64,000 nucleotides of DNA, from positions 1,527,470 through 1,591,469 of the forward strand of contig CAWEWY010000003.1 in NCBI GenBank assembly GCA_963812905.1. Direction: 5' to 3'. The position numbers were made by a program, and so were the translations under genes. This DNA is from an uncultured Solirubrobacterales bacterium (GTDB taxonomy: Bacteria; Actinomycetota; Thermoleophilia; Solirubrobacterales; 70-9). The notes under the pieces are model-generated. The model made no database searches and was not told the DNA's origin. It worked only from the letters and a program-made list of their open reading frames with translations. This document shows positions 10,419-20,667 of the stretch, one piece after another (positions within the stretch are counted from its first letter, which is position 1; each line of letters opens with the position of its first letter).

Positions 10419-10630
10419 CGGCAAAGGGTATCCGTCAGGCGAGCTTTGGACAGATGTGCGAGTACTCATTTCTAAGGATCCCGGGTAGGGAGCCGATATG
10501 AGACGCAGAATGCAACCGCGACAGCTGAAGAGCCTGGTCGAGACCGGCCACTACAAGCCCGAGCCGGCCCTGATCGCCGAGGCGATGTTGGAGCGGCGCG
10601 GGGTGCGCGCGCTGTTCGGCAGCGAGAGCC

Positions 10631-11653
10631 TCATGCGAGTTGGTCGAACCCCGCCGCCCCCAGAAGCTCCCCGCCGGGCAGCCTGATCTCGACCCCAGCG
10701 CCGGCGACGACTTCGCCGATCTTCGTCAGCTCGGCTCCTTCCTTTTCTCGTACGGTGGCCGTTGCCCGGTCGAGGTACTCGGGCGGAATGCTCGCCAGCA
10801 GCTCGTAGTCCTCGCCGCCGGTTGCCGCTAGCGCGACCGGGTTCAGTTCAGCAGCCGTTGCGGTCTCAACGACGCCGGGCGCCAGCGGTAGAGCAGCCGC
10901 CTCGATCCTTAGGCCGACGCCGCCACTCTCGGCGAGGTGACGCGCGTCGCCGCCAAGCCCGTCGCTGAGGTCGATCATCGCGGTCGCCCCGGAATCCGCC
11001 AAGGCGCGGCCGGCTGCGAGGCGGGGAGTCGGCTCAAGCTGCCGCTGCAACAGCCCTGCCCCCGCTGACTTCGCCTTTGACCCGTCTATAGCCCCACTAA
11101 AGACGAAGTCAGCATCGAGGCGGGGGTTATCGAGCAATGCCAGGCCGGCAGCGGCGCCGCCGATCTCGCCGGTGAGCACGAGCGCGTCGCCGGGGCGAGC
11201 GCCGGCGCGGCTCACGAACGAGCCCGGATCCGGCGCGTGGCCTACGACTGTGATCGCCAGGAAGAGCTCGGTGGCACGGGTCACATCGCCGCCGGCCAGG
11301 CTCGTCCCGGTCGCGGCGGCCAGGTCGGCCATGCCGTCGAGTAGCTCGAGGCAGCCGTCCTCGTCGAGGTCGTCGGGAATGCCAAGGACGACATAGGCCT
11401 CGCCGGGCTCGGCCGCCATTGCCGCCAGGTCGGAGAGTGCCGCGGCGAGCGCCTTGCGGCCGATCTGAGCGAGGCTCGCGTGCTTGCGGCGGAAGTGAAC
11501 GCCGTCGACAACGGCGTCGACCGAGGTCGCGGTGGCACCTCCAGGCACGGTTACAGCGGCATCATCTCCCGAGCCGAGTCTTACCTGGGACCCCGCGGGG
11601 GGCAATCGTTCCCGGATCCGCGCCAGCAACTCGAACTCACCCATGGGCTCCAT
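10631..11653 (-). CDS. thiL: Thiamine-monophosphate kinase
   Basis: MEPMGEFELLARIRERL…GDDAAV…AIR fold motifs; GAGGG RBS upstream of Met10. Confidence 0.8.
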   Translation of the reverse strand: MEPMGEFELLARIRERLPPAGSQVRLGSGDDAAVTVPGGATATSVDAVVDGVHFRRKHASLAQIGRKALAAALSDLAAMAAEPGEAYVVLGIPDDLDEDGCLELLDGMADLAAATGTSLAGGDVTRATELFLAITVVGHAPDPGSFVSRAGARPGDALVLTGEIGGAAAGLALLDNPRLDADFVFSGAIDGSKAKSAGAGLLQRQLEPTPRLAAGRALADSGATAMIDLSDGLGGDARHLAESGGVGLRIEAAALPLAPGVVETATAAELNPVALAATGGEDYELLASIPPEYLDRATATVREKEGAELTKIGEVVAGAGVEIRLPGGELLGAAGFDQLA

Positions 11654-11670
11654 TGTCGCCCTCAGCCGCT

Positions 11671-11714
11671 GAGTTCGCACTTAGTGGGGCTATTGGACGC
11701 TTAAGTGCGAACTC
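11671..11714. repeat. Palindromic hairpin repeat with an AT-rich loop (family H)
   Basis: gagttcgcacttag-tggggctattggacg-cttaagtgcgaactc; related hairpins occur at 37493, 39096 and 13426. Confidence 0.7.
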
Positions 11715-12835
11715 ACGCTCGTGCCATCACTAAGGTGCGCTCGGTGGGTGAGCGTCAGCCATTTCTGCATCGGGTCGGCGAGGCCGGAGCGAAGTTCGGC
11801 ACCAGGCCGCCGCGCAGCAAGCGCGTTCGCCTTGCGATCCAGCTCGGGATCGCGCTCCTCGTCTTCGGCTTCCTCGTTCTCACCGTGGTCGACCAGTGGG
11901 CCGAGATCAAGGACAAGGGCGTCCACTTCCACGTCCTCTGGCTGATCCCGGCGTTCGTCATCCTGCCGGTCTTCTACGCGCTCAACGCCCTCGGCTGGGA
12001 CCTGATCCTGCGCTTCCTCGGCTACCCGATCGGCGTGCTGCGGGCGCAGGTGGCCTGGGGGCAGCCGCTGCTGGCGCGCTACGTGCCCGGCAGCGTCCTC
12101 TACGTCCTTGGGCGGGTGCTGCTCTCCGAACGGGTCGGGGTGCCGCGGCGGCTGACCGTCGCCAGCATCGTCTACGAACAGGCGCTGCAGGCCACCTCGG
12201 CGATCGTCGTCTCCGCCTACTTCCTGATCGACCACCCCGACCTGCAGGGCGAGCCGCTGCGCTGGGGCATACTCGCCCTGATCCCCCTCGCACTGGTGCT
12301 CCTGCACCCGCGCGTCTTCGGGCCGCTCGCCAACCGCGTGTTGCGCGCTTTTGGCCGGGAGCCGCTGCCAGCGGTGATCCCGCTGCGCGGGGTGGCGACG
12401 GTGCTCGCCTTCTACACCCTCAACTGGGGCGTTGTCGCGGCCGGCCTCTACTGCGTCGCCCGCTCGGTCAGCACGATCTCGCCGAGCGACATTCTGGTCG
12501 TCGGCGCCGCGCAGGCATTCGGCTACGTCGCGGCGCTGGCCACCCTGGTCGCCCCGGCCGGCCTGGGCATCCGCGATGCCGCGTTTGCCTGGGCAGTGAA
12601 GGTCGCCGTACCCGGCAGCAGCTTCGCGGTGGCCTCGCTGATCGCGATCGTCGTCAGGGGGGTGCTGACCGTGGTCGAAGTGATCTACGTCGCGATCGTG
12701 ACGGCGATGGGGCGGCGCGAAGGGTGGTCGATCCATACCGGCGTGCTGCATGCGTCGCCTGAGGAGGAAGAGGCGAACGTTGTGGAGGAGCCCGGGAATG
12801 TGTCCCTCGGCCCAACAAGTCGCCGCGCTGATTAG
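11705..12835 (+). CDS. Lysylphosphatidylglycerol-synthase-TM/flippase-like (UPF0104) membrane protein
   Basis: Multiple transmembrane helices in a UPF0104-like pattern; the start codon is uncertain because the ORF begins inside the hairpin; the C-terminal tail runs into the 12791-12880 palindrome and is probably artefactual. Confidence 0.55.
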   Translation: MRTHARAITKVRSVGERQPFLHRVGEAGAKFGTRPPRSKRVRLAIQLGIALLVFGFLVLTVVDQWAEIKDKGVHFHVLWLIPAFVILPVFYALNALGWDLILRFLGYPIGVLRAQVAWGQPLLARYVPGSVLYVLGRVLLSERVGVPRRLTVASIVYEQALQATSAIVVSAYFLIDHPDLQGEPLRWGILALIPLALVLLHPRVFGPLANRVLRAFGREPLPAVIPLRGVATVLAFYTLNWGVVAAGLYCVARSVSTISPSDILVVGAAQAFGYVAALATLVAPAGLGIRDAAFAWAVKVAVPGSSFAVASLIAIVVRGVLTVVEVIYVAIVTAMGRREGWSIHTGVLHASPEEEEANVVEEPGNVSLGPTSRRAD

Positions 12836-12880
12836 CGCGGCGACTTTGAGTATCCGCCGGTCCGAGGGACACATTCCCGG
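12791..12880. repeat. 90-bp nested palindrome with 20-bp terminal inverted repeats
   Basis: cccgggaatgtgtccctcgg…gtcgccgcgctgattagcgcggcgac…ccgagggacacattcccggg. Confidence 0.65.
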
Positions 12881-12952
12881 GCTCCAACTCCGAAGGCGAC
12901 TCAACTCGCAGTCCGTTCGAGCGCTGCCGGCTTTCGGGCCAGCTTTGGGCTT

Positions 12953-12995
12953 CCGGTGCGCTTTATGTGGGCTATGGCCGCATAAAGCGCACCGG
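12953..12995. repeat. REP-like palindrome, family R (CCGGTGCGCTTTATG…CATAAAGCGCACCGG), copy 1
   Basis: ccggtgcgctttatgtgggctatggccgcataaagcgcaccgg; same motif at 58001-58043 and, degenerate, at 43141-43180. Confidence 0.75.
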
Positions 12996-13002
12996 AGCGC
13001 AG

Positions 13003-14124
13003 CTAGAGCGGGATTCGTGCTCCCAGTTGGTATGCAGTCAGCCCGAGCAGCAGGAGCTTTAGGGGTCTGTCGCGGGATAGGGCTGCGAGGGGGAGGGGCC
13101 AGAGGAGGTACCAGGGGAGGAGCCAGGCCGTGGCGAGGAGGAGGCCGGTGGTGGCCCAAGCAGCGGCGCGTAGCCAGTCGTTGCCGCGGTAGGCCCAGAC
13201 GAGCAGGTAGGCGACGAGGGCGGCGTAGAGGGTCAGGGCCGCTGCGCGGGCCGCGTCTGGGTCAAGGCCGGTTAGGCGAGCCGCGGTGATCGGAATGCTC
13301 ATGTAGCTGGTGTGGCCCTGGTTCTCCCCGGCGAGCGCGAAGGCGTCGAGCCAGTGCCACCCGAAGCCGAGATAAGCGCCCAGCCCCACCCCCATCACGC
13401 CCAGCCCCACCCCCACCAACAGCCTGCCGACGGGCCGAAATCCTCGGTATATCAACGGATTTCGCCCCGTCGGCGGGGGTTTCACGATTGCGAGGAGGGC
13501 GAATGGAATCGCCACGGCTGCTGAGGCCTTGATCGCGATGGCGGCCACGAGGGCCGCGCCGGCTGGGGTCTCGCGGGCGGTGAGGATGCCGGTTGCGCCG
13601 AGCATCATCAGAAGGATCGCCAGGGCGTCGTTGTGGGGGCCGCCCACCACGTGGACGAGGACGAGGGGGTTGAGGGCGACGAACGCGGCGGCGCGGAGGG
13701 GGTCGGCGCCGCGCGCCGGGGCTAGGCGGGCGATGAGGATCGCGAGCGCCAGCACCGCGGCGGCCGATATCGCCTTGAGGACGTAGACGGCGACACCCAC
13801 CGGGAGTGCGGCGAGCGGGTAGGTCGCCAGGGTGAAGAGGGGCCCGTAGGCGCTGGTCGTGTGGGGCCAGGTGACGTGGGCGAACGCCGGGTCGGCCGGG
13901 AACGCGGCCGGAGGGTGGACGTAGGGGTTGAGGCCGCGCAGGGCGCCGAGGCGGGCGTAGTCGACGTAGCTGTAGACGTCGTGGGAGAGCAGCGGGGGCA
14001 GGCAGGCGAAGGCGACGACCGCGACGACGATCGTGCCCCAGAGCAGCCACCGCGAGAAGCGGGGCGCCCAGGCCAGTACGCCCAGGTAGGCGAAGAATCC
14101 GGCCCACATGAGGGCGTAGGCCAC
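13003..14124 (-). CDS. GT87/DUF2029-like integral membrane glycosyl(mannosyl)transferase
   Basis: Polytopic 373-aa ORF with DUF2029-like topology (…YSYVDYARLG…NPY…); contains an in-frame 49-bp hairpin at 13426-13474. Confidence 0.5.
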   Translation of the reverse strand: MAYALMWAGFFAYLGVLAWAPRFSRWLLWGTIVVAVVAFACLPPLLSHDVYSYVDYARLGALRGLNPYVHPPAAFPADPAFAHVTWPHTTSAYGPLFTLATYPLAALPVGVAVYVLKAISAAAVLALAILIARLAPARGADPLRAAAFVALNPLVLVHVVGGPHNDALAILLMMLGATGILTARETPAGAALVAAIAIKASAAVAIPFALLAIVKPPPTGRNPLIYRGFRPVGRLLVGVGLGVMGVGLGAYLGFGWHWLDAFALAGENQGHTSYMSIPITAARLTGLDPDAARAAALTLYAALVAYLLVWAYRGNDWLRAAAWATTGLLLATAWLLPWYLLWPLPLAALSRDRPLKLLLLGLTAYQLGARIPL

Positions 14125-14142
14125 CCCTGGCGCGAGGCTCAG

Positions 14143-16279
14143 CTATTCGCTCCCGGTTTCGGTCGGGGCGCCTCCGTCGACGCCGGCGGAGGGTGGTGAC
14201 GGAGGCACCGGCGTCGGTTCCTGGCCCGCCCCGGGCGCGTAGGCGTCGGGGTTGTAGCCGCCGGTCGCTTCTTCGCCCAGCCGCCTCGCTCCCGGGTCGA
14301 TTTCTGCGCCGTTGGCGCCCGCGCCGCCGGCTGCCCGCGGCGCGGCGGAGGTGAACTGGCCGAAGTACGGCGACCAGCTGATCGGCGTCCTCGGCTTGTC
14401 GAATTCCTCGCAGGGGACTTCGGCGCCGGAGTAGAGCGAGTGCCAGATTTCGGCCGGGAAGGTGCCGCCGAAGACCGTGATGCCGTGGACGCTGGTCATC
14501 TCGATCGCGTTGGACTGCGGGTAGCCGACCCAGACCACGCTCGCCAGATTCGGCTGATAGCCGGCGAACCAGGCGTCGGTCTCGCGGTCGGTCGTCCCGG
14601 TCTTGCCGGCCTGGCCGGGGCAGCCGGTGTAGGCGGCCGTGCCGGTGCCTTCGGTGATGTTGTCGTGCAGCAGCCGCGTCACCTCGTAGGCGACGGCTTC
14701 GGGGACGACCCGCCGCGGCGGGGTGCGGTTGGGCCGCTCGACCCGGCCGCCGGGGAAGACGACGCGGCGGACCGCAACCGGGTCGTGGCGCACGCCGCCG
14801 GCGGCGAGGGTGGCGTAGGCGTCTGCCATCTCCAGCGGCGAGACGCCGACCCGCAGGCCGCCGATCCCCTCCGCCGGGATCCCGTCGAGCGGGCTGACGA
14901 TCCCCAGCGACTTCGCCGTCGCGGCCACGTCCCGCGGCCCCACGTCGAGGTCGAGCTGGGCGAAGACGGTGTTGTCGGAGGCGACCGTCGCCTGCTGCAG
15001 GTTGACCCTGCCCAGATAGCCTTCGTCGGCCGTGTGGACTTCCCAGTGCCCCCATTCGGGCAGGTCGAGGTCGAGCGGTTTCGAGACGTAGTAGGTCGAG
15101 TAGGGGTCGATCCCCTGCTTGATCGCGGTCGTCAGCACGAAGGCCTTGAAGGTCGAGCCCGGCTGGCGGTGGCCCTGGGCGGCGAGGTTGAACTGGCTGG
15201 CGTCGTAGCTCGAGCTGGAGGCCATCGCCTCGATCTCGCCGGTGTTCGGGTCAATCGAGACCAGGGCCGAGGAGGGATCGGTCGAGTAGGGGAGGGCGGA
15301 GCGCATCGCCTCCAACCCGACTTCCTGCAGCTTCGGCTCGATCGTCGTGTAGACCCTGAGCCCGCCGTTTCGCACCGTGTCGGGGCCGTAGCGTTCGATC
15401 AGCTCGTTTTCGACGTAGTCGAAGAAGTAGGGCTGGCGGTGCGCGAAGTAGGCGCCGGAGACGTCGAGCCCGAGGCCCTGCTGCTGGGCGGCCCGCGCCC
15501 GGGCCGGCGAGAGGAAGCCGAGGTCCTCCATCTTTGCCAGCACCGCGTTGCGCCGCTGGCGGGCCTGATCCGGGTTGAGGATCGGGTTGTATTCGGAAGG
15601 CGCCTGGGGCAGCCCCGCGAGCAGAGCCTCCTGCGCCAGGCCCAGCCCCCAGACCGGCTTGGAGAAATAGGTCTTCGAGGCGGCGCCGACGCCGATTGCG
15701 GTGGCGCCTTCGATCGTCCCGTAGGAGGCGACGTTGAGGTACTGGCCGAGGATTTCCTTGGGGGAATGGCGCTCGGCGTACTCGATCGCCAGCTTCGCCT
15801 CGATGATCTTGCGTTCGAGGTCGCGCTTGGGGTTGCGGATGCAGAGGTTGCGGACGAGCTGCTGGGTGATCGTCGAACCGCCCTCGACGGCCCTGCCCGC
15901 TTCGAGGTCCTTCAGCGCCGCCCGCGCGATGCCCTCGTAGTCGACACCGCCGTGTTCGTAGAAGCGCTGGTCCTCGATCGCGACGGTCGCCAGTTGCAGC
16001 TGCTTGGGGATGCGGTCGATCGCGACCGGGGCGCGCGCTTCGTCGGAGTCGACGAGGCCGAGCTTGCTGCCGTCGCCGGCGTAGATGACGGTGTTGCCGT
16101 AGCTGACCGACCTTCTTGCAAGCGGCCAGGGAGGGCGCCTGGGCGGCCACGTCGAGCACCCAGGAGGCGACCGCGATCGCTGCCAGCGCCGCCGCGACGA
16201 GCAGGCCGGCGCCGGCGAAGAGCAGCTTGCCGCGGGCGCCGCCGCGCCGCCGCTGACGTCGCCGATTGCGCTGCGCCAT
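14143..16279 (-). CDS. Class A penicillin-binding protein (transglycosylase + transpeptidase); frame changes in the N-terminal half
   Basis: N-terminal cytoplasmic tail and transmembrane segment MAQRNRRRQ…LLFAGAGLLVAAALAAIAV; the transglycosylase region is fragmented across frames; transpeptidase domain …RQPGSTFKAFV…SDNTVFAQL…KTGTT… is intact from 14143. Confidence 0.75.
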
Positions 16280-16309
16280 GGGCAGAGGGTACTTCGGCCC
16301 CGCCCCGGC

Positions 16310-16726
16310 TCAGGCCTGCGTGTCCTCGGTCGAGAGGTTGTGGATGATCCCGTCGACCAGCATCTGGTTGGGGATCACGATCGCGGTGCCGTCGCCCGGG
16401 TTCACGTAGGTGTAGGAGAGGGTGATGTCGGTGACCCGGCCGCTCACCTCCTCGAAGGAGATGCGATCGCCGATCTTGATCGGCTGGGAGATCGCCAGCT
16501 GGACCCCGGCGACCATGTTCCCGATCGTGTGCTGGGCGGCGAAGCCGATGATCGCGGCCAGCACCGCGGTCGAGGCGAGGATGCCGGTGGCCAACCGCTT
16601 CAGCTCCGTGAACTGGGCCAGCGCGATCGCGAGGAGGACGAGGAAGACGACGAGGATCAGCAGCCGGCGCAGGAAGCGCAGGCGGGTCTTGGTGGACCGC
16701 GAGACCTGTGAGACTGCCGGCGTCAT
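16310..16726 (-). CDS. Small MscS-family mechanosensitive channel protein
   Basis: …LATGILASTAVLAAIIGFAAQHTIGNMVAGVQLAISQPIKIGDRISFEEVSGRVTDITLSYTYV…. Confidence 0.65.
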   Translation of the reverse strand: MTPAVSQVSRSTKTRLRFLRRLLILVVFLVLLAIALAQFTELKRLATGILASTAVLAAIIGFAAQHTIGNMVAGVQLAISQPIKIGDRISFEEVSGRVTDITLSYTYVNPGDGTAIVIPNQMLVDGIIHNLSTEDTQA

Positions 16727-16743
16727 GGCCTGCAACTTAGATG

Positions 16744-16860
16744 GGGAGGGCGTCGGGTGCCCCTCCCGGCTCAACTTTTTCGGTGAGGCGGGGTCGGCTT
16801 GCAGTTGACGGATCGACGAAAAAGCACAAGCCGCCGGGAGGGGCACCCGACGCCCTTTCC
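16744..16860 (+). mobile_element. MITE-like element copy C, in the divergent promoter region
   Basis: Terminal inverted repeats ggggagggcgtcgggtgcccctccc / gggaggggcacccgacgccc; internal ggctcaactttttcggtgaggcgg…cgacgaaaaagcacaagccgccggg. Confidence 0.7.
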
Positions 16861-16878
16861 CTATTCCAATTGGGGCCC

Positions 16879-17515
16879 ATGGGCCGGAATCCTGGGGGTG
16901 CTTCTTGCCATCGGCACGGGGATCGTGCTGTCGGTTCCGGTGCTGGTCGTCGACGGACCGCCGAGTGGGGGGGACTTGAGCGATGCGGCCAGCGCGCTGG
17001 TGCAGCTCGCGACCGCGCTTGGCTTCCTGCTGGTGCCGTTCGCGATCGCGGCGGGGAGGGGCGCGACCGTGCGCGAGGCGGCATCGCGCCTTGGGCTTCG
17101 TCGCTTCCGTCCCTCGGCTATGAAGTGGATGGGGGCGGCGATCGGCGCCTACCTCCTCTTCGCGATCGTCTACTCGACGGTCATCGGCCAACCGGAACAG
17201 AAGGACGTCGCCGAAGCGTTCGGCGCGATCCCAGTGCAGGTCCTGCTGATCGTCTTCGCGGCGCCGATCAGCGAGGAGGTCTGCTTTCGAGGAATGCTCT
17301 TCGGCGGCCTGCGCGAGCGCCTGCCGCGCCTCGGCGCCGCCCTGGTCAGCGGCCTGATCTTCGGCGGCCTGCACGCGACCACCGGGCTCAGCGCCGTGCC
17401 GGTGCTGGTCGCCTTCGGCTTCATCCTCGCCCTGCTCTACGAGAAGACCGGCTCGATCGTCCCCGGCATCCTGCTGCACATGCTGAACAACTCGGTCGCG
17501 CTGCTCGGGCAGTAG
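16879..17515 (+). CDS. CPBP-family intramembrane metalloprotease (CAAX protease-like); indel just after the start
   Basis: EEVCFRG…FGGLH…HMLNN motifs; the likely start MAGILGVLLAIGTGIVL requires a 1-nt correction after the ATG at 16879. Confidence 0.7.
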
Positions 17516-17710
17516 CTGCGGGCCGAGAAACGGCCCGCCTGGGCGGGCCGCCAGGTGGCGGGGTTACCCCCCAACGATTGATGCCCAGCAACGAGGCTGC
17601 CAGGACCAAACCTAGCCTTGGGTCTCCACAAATCAAGCCATTGCACTCTAAATTCGCAAAGAATTGACTCTTTCACCACACAGCCGACTCATCCGCAAGA
17701 ATCCGGACCC

Positions 17711-18664
17711 GTGAGCCGTCGCCTCGTCCCCGCCTTGGTCGTTCTTGCCCTCTTCGTCACGGCACCCTTGGCAGCTGAGGCGGCGCCGCAGGCAGGCCCC
17801 CCCGATGCCACCGTGAAGATCAAGGTCGGCCATCTGCACGGCGGCCGGGCGCCGATCTACGGGACCGTGCCGGTCAGCGGAACGGTCTCCCCGTTCGCGC
17901 CCGGGCAGCGGGTCGAGGTGACCTTCTACCTCGACGGGCACAAGCTCCTTGCCCGCAAGGCCGCCGTGCAGCAGGGCAAGGGCGGTGTCGGCACCTTCAA
18001 GGCCTCGATCGTCCTCCGCGAGGACGGCAAGTACGCGGTTGCCGCCAAGCACGCCGCCACCGCGGCGCTCGGCGCCGACAGCACGGTGCGCAAGAGCTGG
18101 CGGGTCAGCTTCCCGGCTCTGCACGCCGGCCAGTGCGGGCGGGTCGTCAAGGGCTTCAAGAAGGCGATGGCCAAGATGGGCTACGCCTCCGGGGGCGGGC
18201 GCTGCTTCGACGGGCGGACCGGGCGCGAGGTGCTCGCCTACCGCAAGGTCAACGGCATGTCACGCACCGAGCGGGCCGGCAAGGGACTGGTCAAGGATGT
18301 CTTCGGCGGCCGGGGCGGGTACCGCGTCCGCTACCCGGACGCCGGCGAGCACGCCGAGGTGTCGCTCTCCAAGCAGGTTCTCGTTCTCACCAAGGGTGAC
18401 AAGCCCTTCGCGATCTACCCCGTCTCGACGGGCAAGCCCTCGACCCCGACGGTGACCGGCCACTACACCTTCTACCGCCGCGAACCGGGCTACAACGCCG
18501 AGGGCATGTACTACTCCTTCTACTGGCACAACGGCTACGCCGTGCACGGCTACGCGGAAGTGCCCGACTACGCGGCCAGCCACGGCTGCGTGCGCACCTT
18601 CGTCGCCGACCAGCCGCGGATCTACAACCAGCTCAACTACGGCGAGAGCATCTTCGTCTTCTAG
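17711..18664 (+). CDS. L,D-transpeptidase (YkuD) with a peptidoglycan-binding domain
   Basis: Signal peptide VSRRLVPALVVLALFVTAPLAAEA (GTG start); PG-binding-like FKKAMAKMGYASGG; catalytic SHGCVR. Confidence 0.8.
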   Translation: MSRRLVPALVVLALFVTAPLAAEAAPQAGPPDATVKIKVGHLHGGRAPIYGTVPVSGTVSPFAPGQRVEVTFYLDGHKLLARKAAVQQGKGGVGTFKASIVLREDGKYAVAAKHAATAALGADSTVRKSWRVSFPALHAGQCGRVVKGFKKAMAKMGYASGGGRCFDGRTGREVLAYRKVNGMSRTERAGKGLVKDVFGGRGGYRVRYPDAGEHAEVSLSKQVLVLTKGDKPFAIYPVSTGKPSTPTVTGHYTFYRREPGYNAEGMYYSFYWHNGYAVHGYAEVPDYAASHGCVRTFVADQPRIYNQLNYGESIFVF

Positions 18665-18675
18665 GAAGGGGCGCA

Positions 18676-19088
18676 ATGATCGGAGAGAGAGTCCTGAAGA
18701 CGGTTCTCGTTGTCATCGCGGCCTACCACGTGGTCACGGGTGCATCGCCCTGCTGGCTCCTGACACCTTCTTCGATCAGATCGGCCACTACGGGCTCGAG
18801 AACTCCCACTACGTCGGCGACGTCGGCTCCTTCATTCTCGCCTTCGGCGTCGTCGTGGGGATCTCGGTCGTGCGACCGTCGTGGCGAGCGCCGATCCTCT
18901 GGCTGGGGGCGCTCTGGTATGGCTTCCATGCGCTCAACCACGCCTTCGACACCGGCGAAGCGAAGAGCGAGGCGCGGGGCTGGAGCGACACGCTGTTGAT
19001 CGCCTTCGGCGCGGTGGCTTCGGCCTGGCTCGCGCGGGTATCCGAACGGCTGAACGCGTCAGCTCACGATCCGGAGGTGCGGCGATGA
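18676..19088 (+). CDS. Hypothetical small membrane protein (frame change near 18745)
   Basis: MIGERVLKTVLVVIAAYHVVTG then, in the next frame, …ALLAPDTFFDQIGHYGLENSHYVGDVGSFILAFGVVVGISVVRPSWRAPILWLGALWYGFH…; the stop overlaps the next ATG. Confidence 0.4.
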
Positions 19089-20026
19089 AGGTCTTCGCAG
19101 CGGGAGCGAGCGGGGCGATCGGCCGGCCGCTGCTGCGGCAGCTGGTTGCGGCGGGCCACGATGTGACCGGGATGACGCGGCGCGAGGAGCGGGCGGAGGA
19201 GATCCGCGCCGCAGGGGCGACGGCGGTCGTCTGCGACGCCTTCGACGCGACGGCGCTGGGGGCAGCGGTGAAGCAGGCGGCCCCGGACGTCGTGGTCAAC
19301 CAGATGACGAGCCTGCCGCAGGAGTACAACCCGCGCAAGGCGTCGTTCTACGCGGCGACGGACCGGGTGCGCCGCGAGGGCGGCCACAACTTGATCGAGG
19401 CCGCCAGGGCCGCGGGCGCGAAGCGGTTCCTGACGCAGAGCATCGCCTTCCTCTACGCACCCGAAGGGGACTGGGTCAAGGCCGAGGACGCGCGCCCGTT
19501 CGAGGACGCGCAGGGCCATTTCCGCAGCGCGGTCGAGGCCATGCTCGGCCACGAGCGCGAGGTCGTCGACTCCTCCGACTTCGAGGGGTTGGTGCTCCGC
19601 TACGGGCAGTTCTACGGCCCCGGCACGTACTACGCGCGGGACGGGCACCTGGGCCGCGAAGTCAGCCGGCGACGCTTCCCGATCGTCGGCGCCGGCACCG
19701 GGACCTTCTCCTTCCTGCACGTCGAGGATGCGGCCGGGGCGACGGTGGCCGCCCTCAGCGCAGGTCCAGCCGGCGTCTACAACGTCGTCGACGACGAGCC
19801 AGCCCCGCTGCACGAGTGGCTTCCGGTCTACGCCGAGGCCCTGGGGGCCAAGCCGCCGCGCCGGGTCCCGGTCTGGCTGGCCAAGCTGGTGGCCGGGAGC
19901 TCGGTGGCGGAGATGGCGGTCGGCCTGCGAGGGGCCTCCAACGCCAAGGCCAAGCGAGAGCTCGGCTGGCAGCCGAAGTACCCGAGCTGGCGCGATGGCT
20001 TCGGCGATGCAGCGGCACTTGGGTAG
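19085..20026 (+). CDS. NAD(P)-dependent epimerase/dehydratase-family (SDR, NmrA-like) oxidoreductase
   Basis: MKVFAAGASGAIGRPLLRQLVAAGHDVTGMTR Rossmann motif. Confidence 0.8.
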   Translation: MKVFAAGASGAIGRPLLRQLVAAGHDVTGMTRREERAEEIRAAGATAVVCDAFDATALGAAVKQAAPDVVVNQMTSLPQEYNPRKASFYAATDRVRREGGHNLIEAARAAGAKRFLTQSIAFLYAPEGDWVKAEDARPFEDAQGHFRSAVEAMLGHEREVVDSSDFEGLVLRYGQFYGPGTYYARDGHLGREVSRRRFPIVGAGTGTFSFLHVEDAAGATVAALSAGPAGVYNVVDDEPAPLHEWLPVYAEALGAKPPRRVPVWLAKLVAGSSVAEMAVGLRGASNAKAKRELGWQPKYPSWRDGFGDAAALG

Positions 20027-20090
20027 CAACCCCGCACTCGTGGAAACGGCCGGCCGAAGCGACCCCGGAGCGCCATAGGATGCCTCCGAA

Positions 20091-20657
20091 ATGGCCGACC
20101 TCGACGCTGCCAAGCGGACCCTGCTCGCCGAGCTGCGCGAGCACTCGCTGGTGCTGGGCGAGGTGACCCTGTCGAGCGGCGCGACTGCTCAGTACTACGT
20201 GGACGCACGCCGCGCGCTGCTTCGCCCCGCCGGCTTCCTCGCCGCGGGAGAGCTGATCGCCGCGGCAGCAGTCGAGGCGGGTGCGAGCGCGGTCGGCGGC
20301 CCGGCCACGGCGGCGATCCCCCCCTCCTGCGCCGCCCTCGCGGTCCCCGCCGGGCAGGGTCTGGTCGGCTTCTTCGTCCGCGGTGAGCGCAAGGAGCACG
20401 GCCTGCAGCGCTGGGTCGAGGGCCCGGTCGAGCCCGGCGCACGGTGCCTGGTGGTCGAGGACACGGTGACCACCGGCGGCTCGACCGCGCGGGCGATCGA
20501 GCGGATCGCCGAACAGGGCCTCGAGGTCGTCGGCGTCGTCGGCGTCGTCGATCGCCTCGCCGGCGGGGGCGAGAAGATCGAAGCCGCCGCAGGCGCCCCC
20601 TACCGCGCCCTGGTCACGATCGACGAGATCTACCCCGACCGCCCCGACCGGGACTGA
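20091..20657 (+). CDS. pyrE: Orotate phosphoribosyltransferase
   Basis: …GEVTLSSGATAQYYVDARRALLRP…CLVVEDTVTTGGSTARAIE… PRTase motifs. Confidence 0.75.
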   Translation: MADLDAAKRTLLAELREHSLVLGEVTLSSGATAQYYVDARRALLRPAGFLAAGELIAAAAVEAGASAVGGPATAAIPPSCAALAVPAGQGLVGFFVRGERKEHGLQRWVEGPVEPGARCLVVEDTVTTGGSTARAIERIAEQGLEVVGVVGVVDRLAGGGEKIEAAAGAPYRALVTIDEIYPDRPDRD

Positions 20658-20667
20658 GCCTGGAGCG

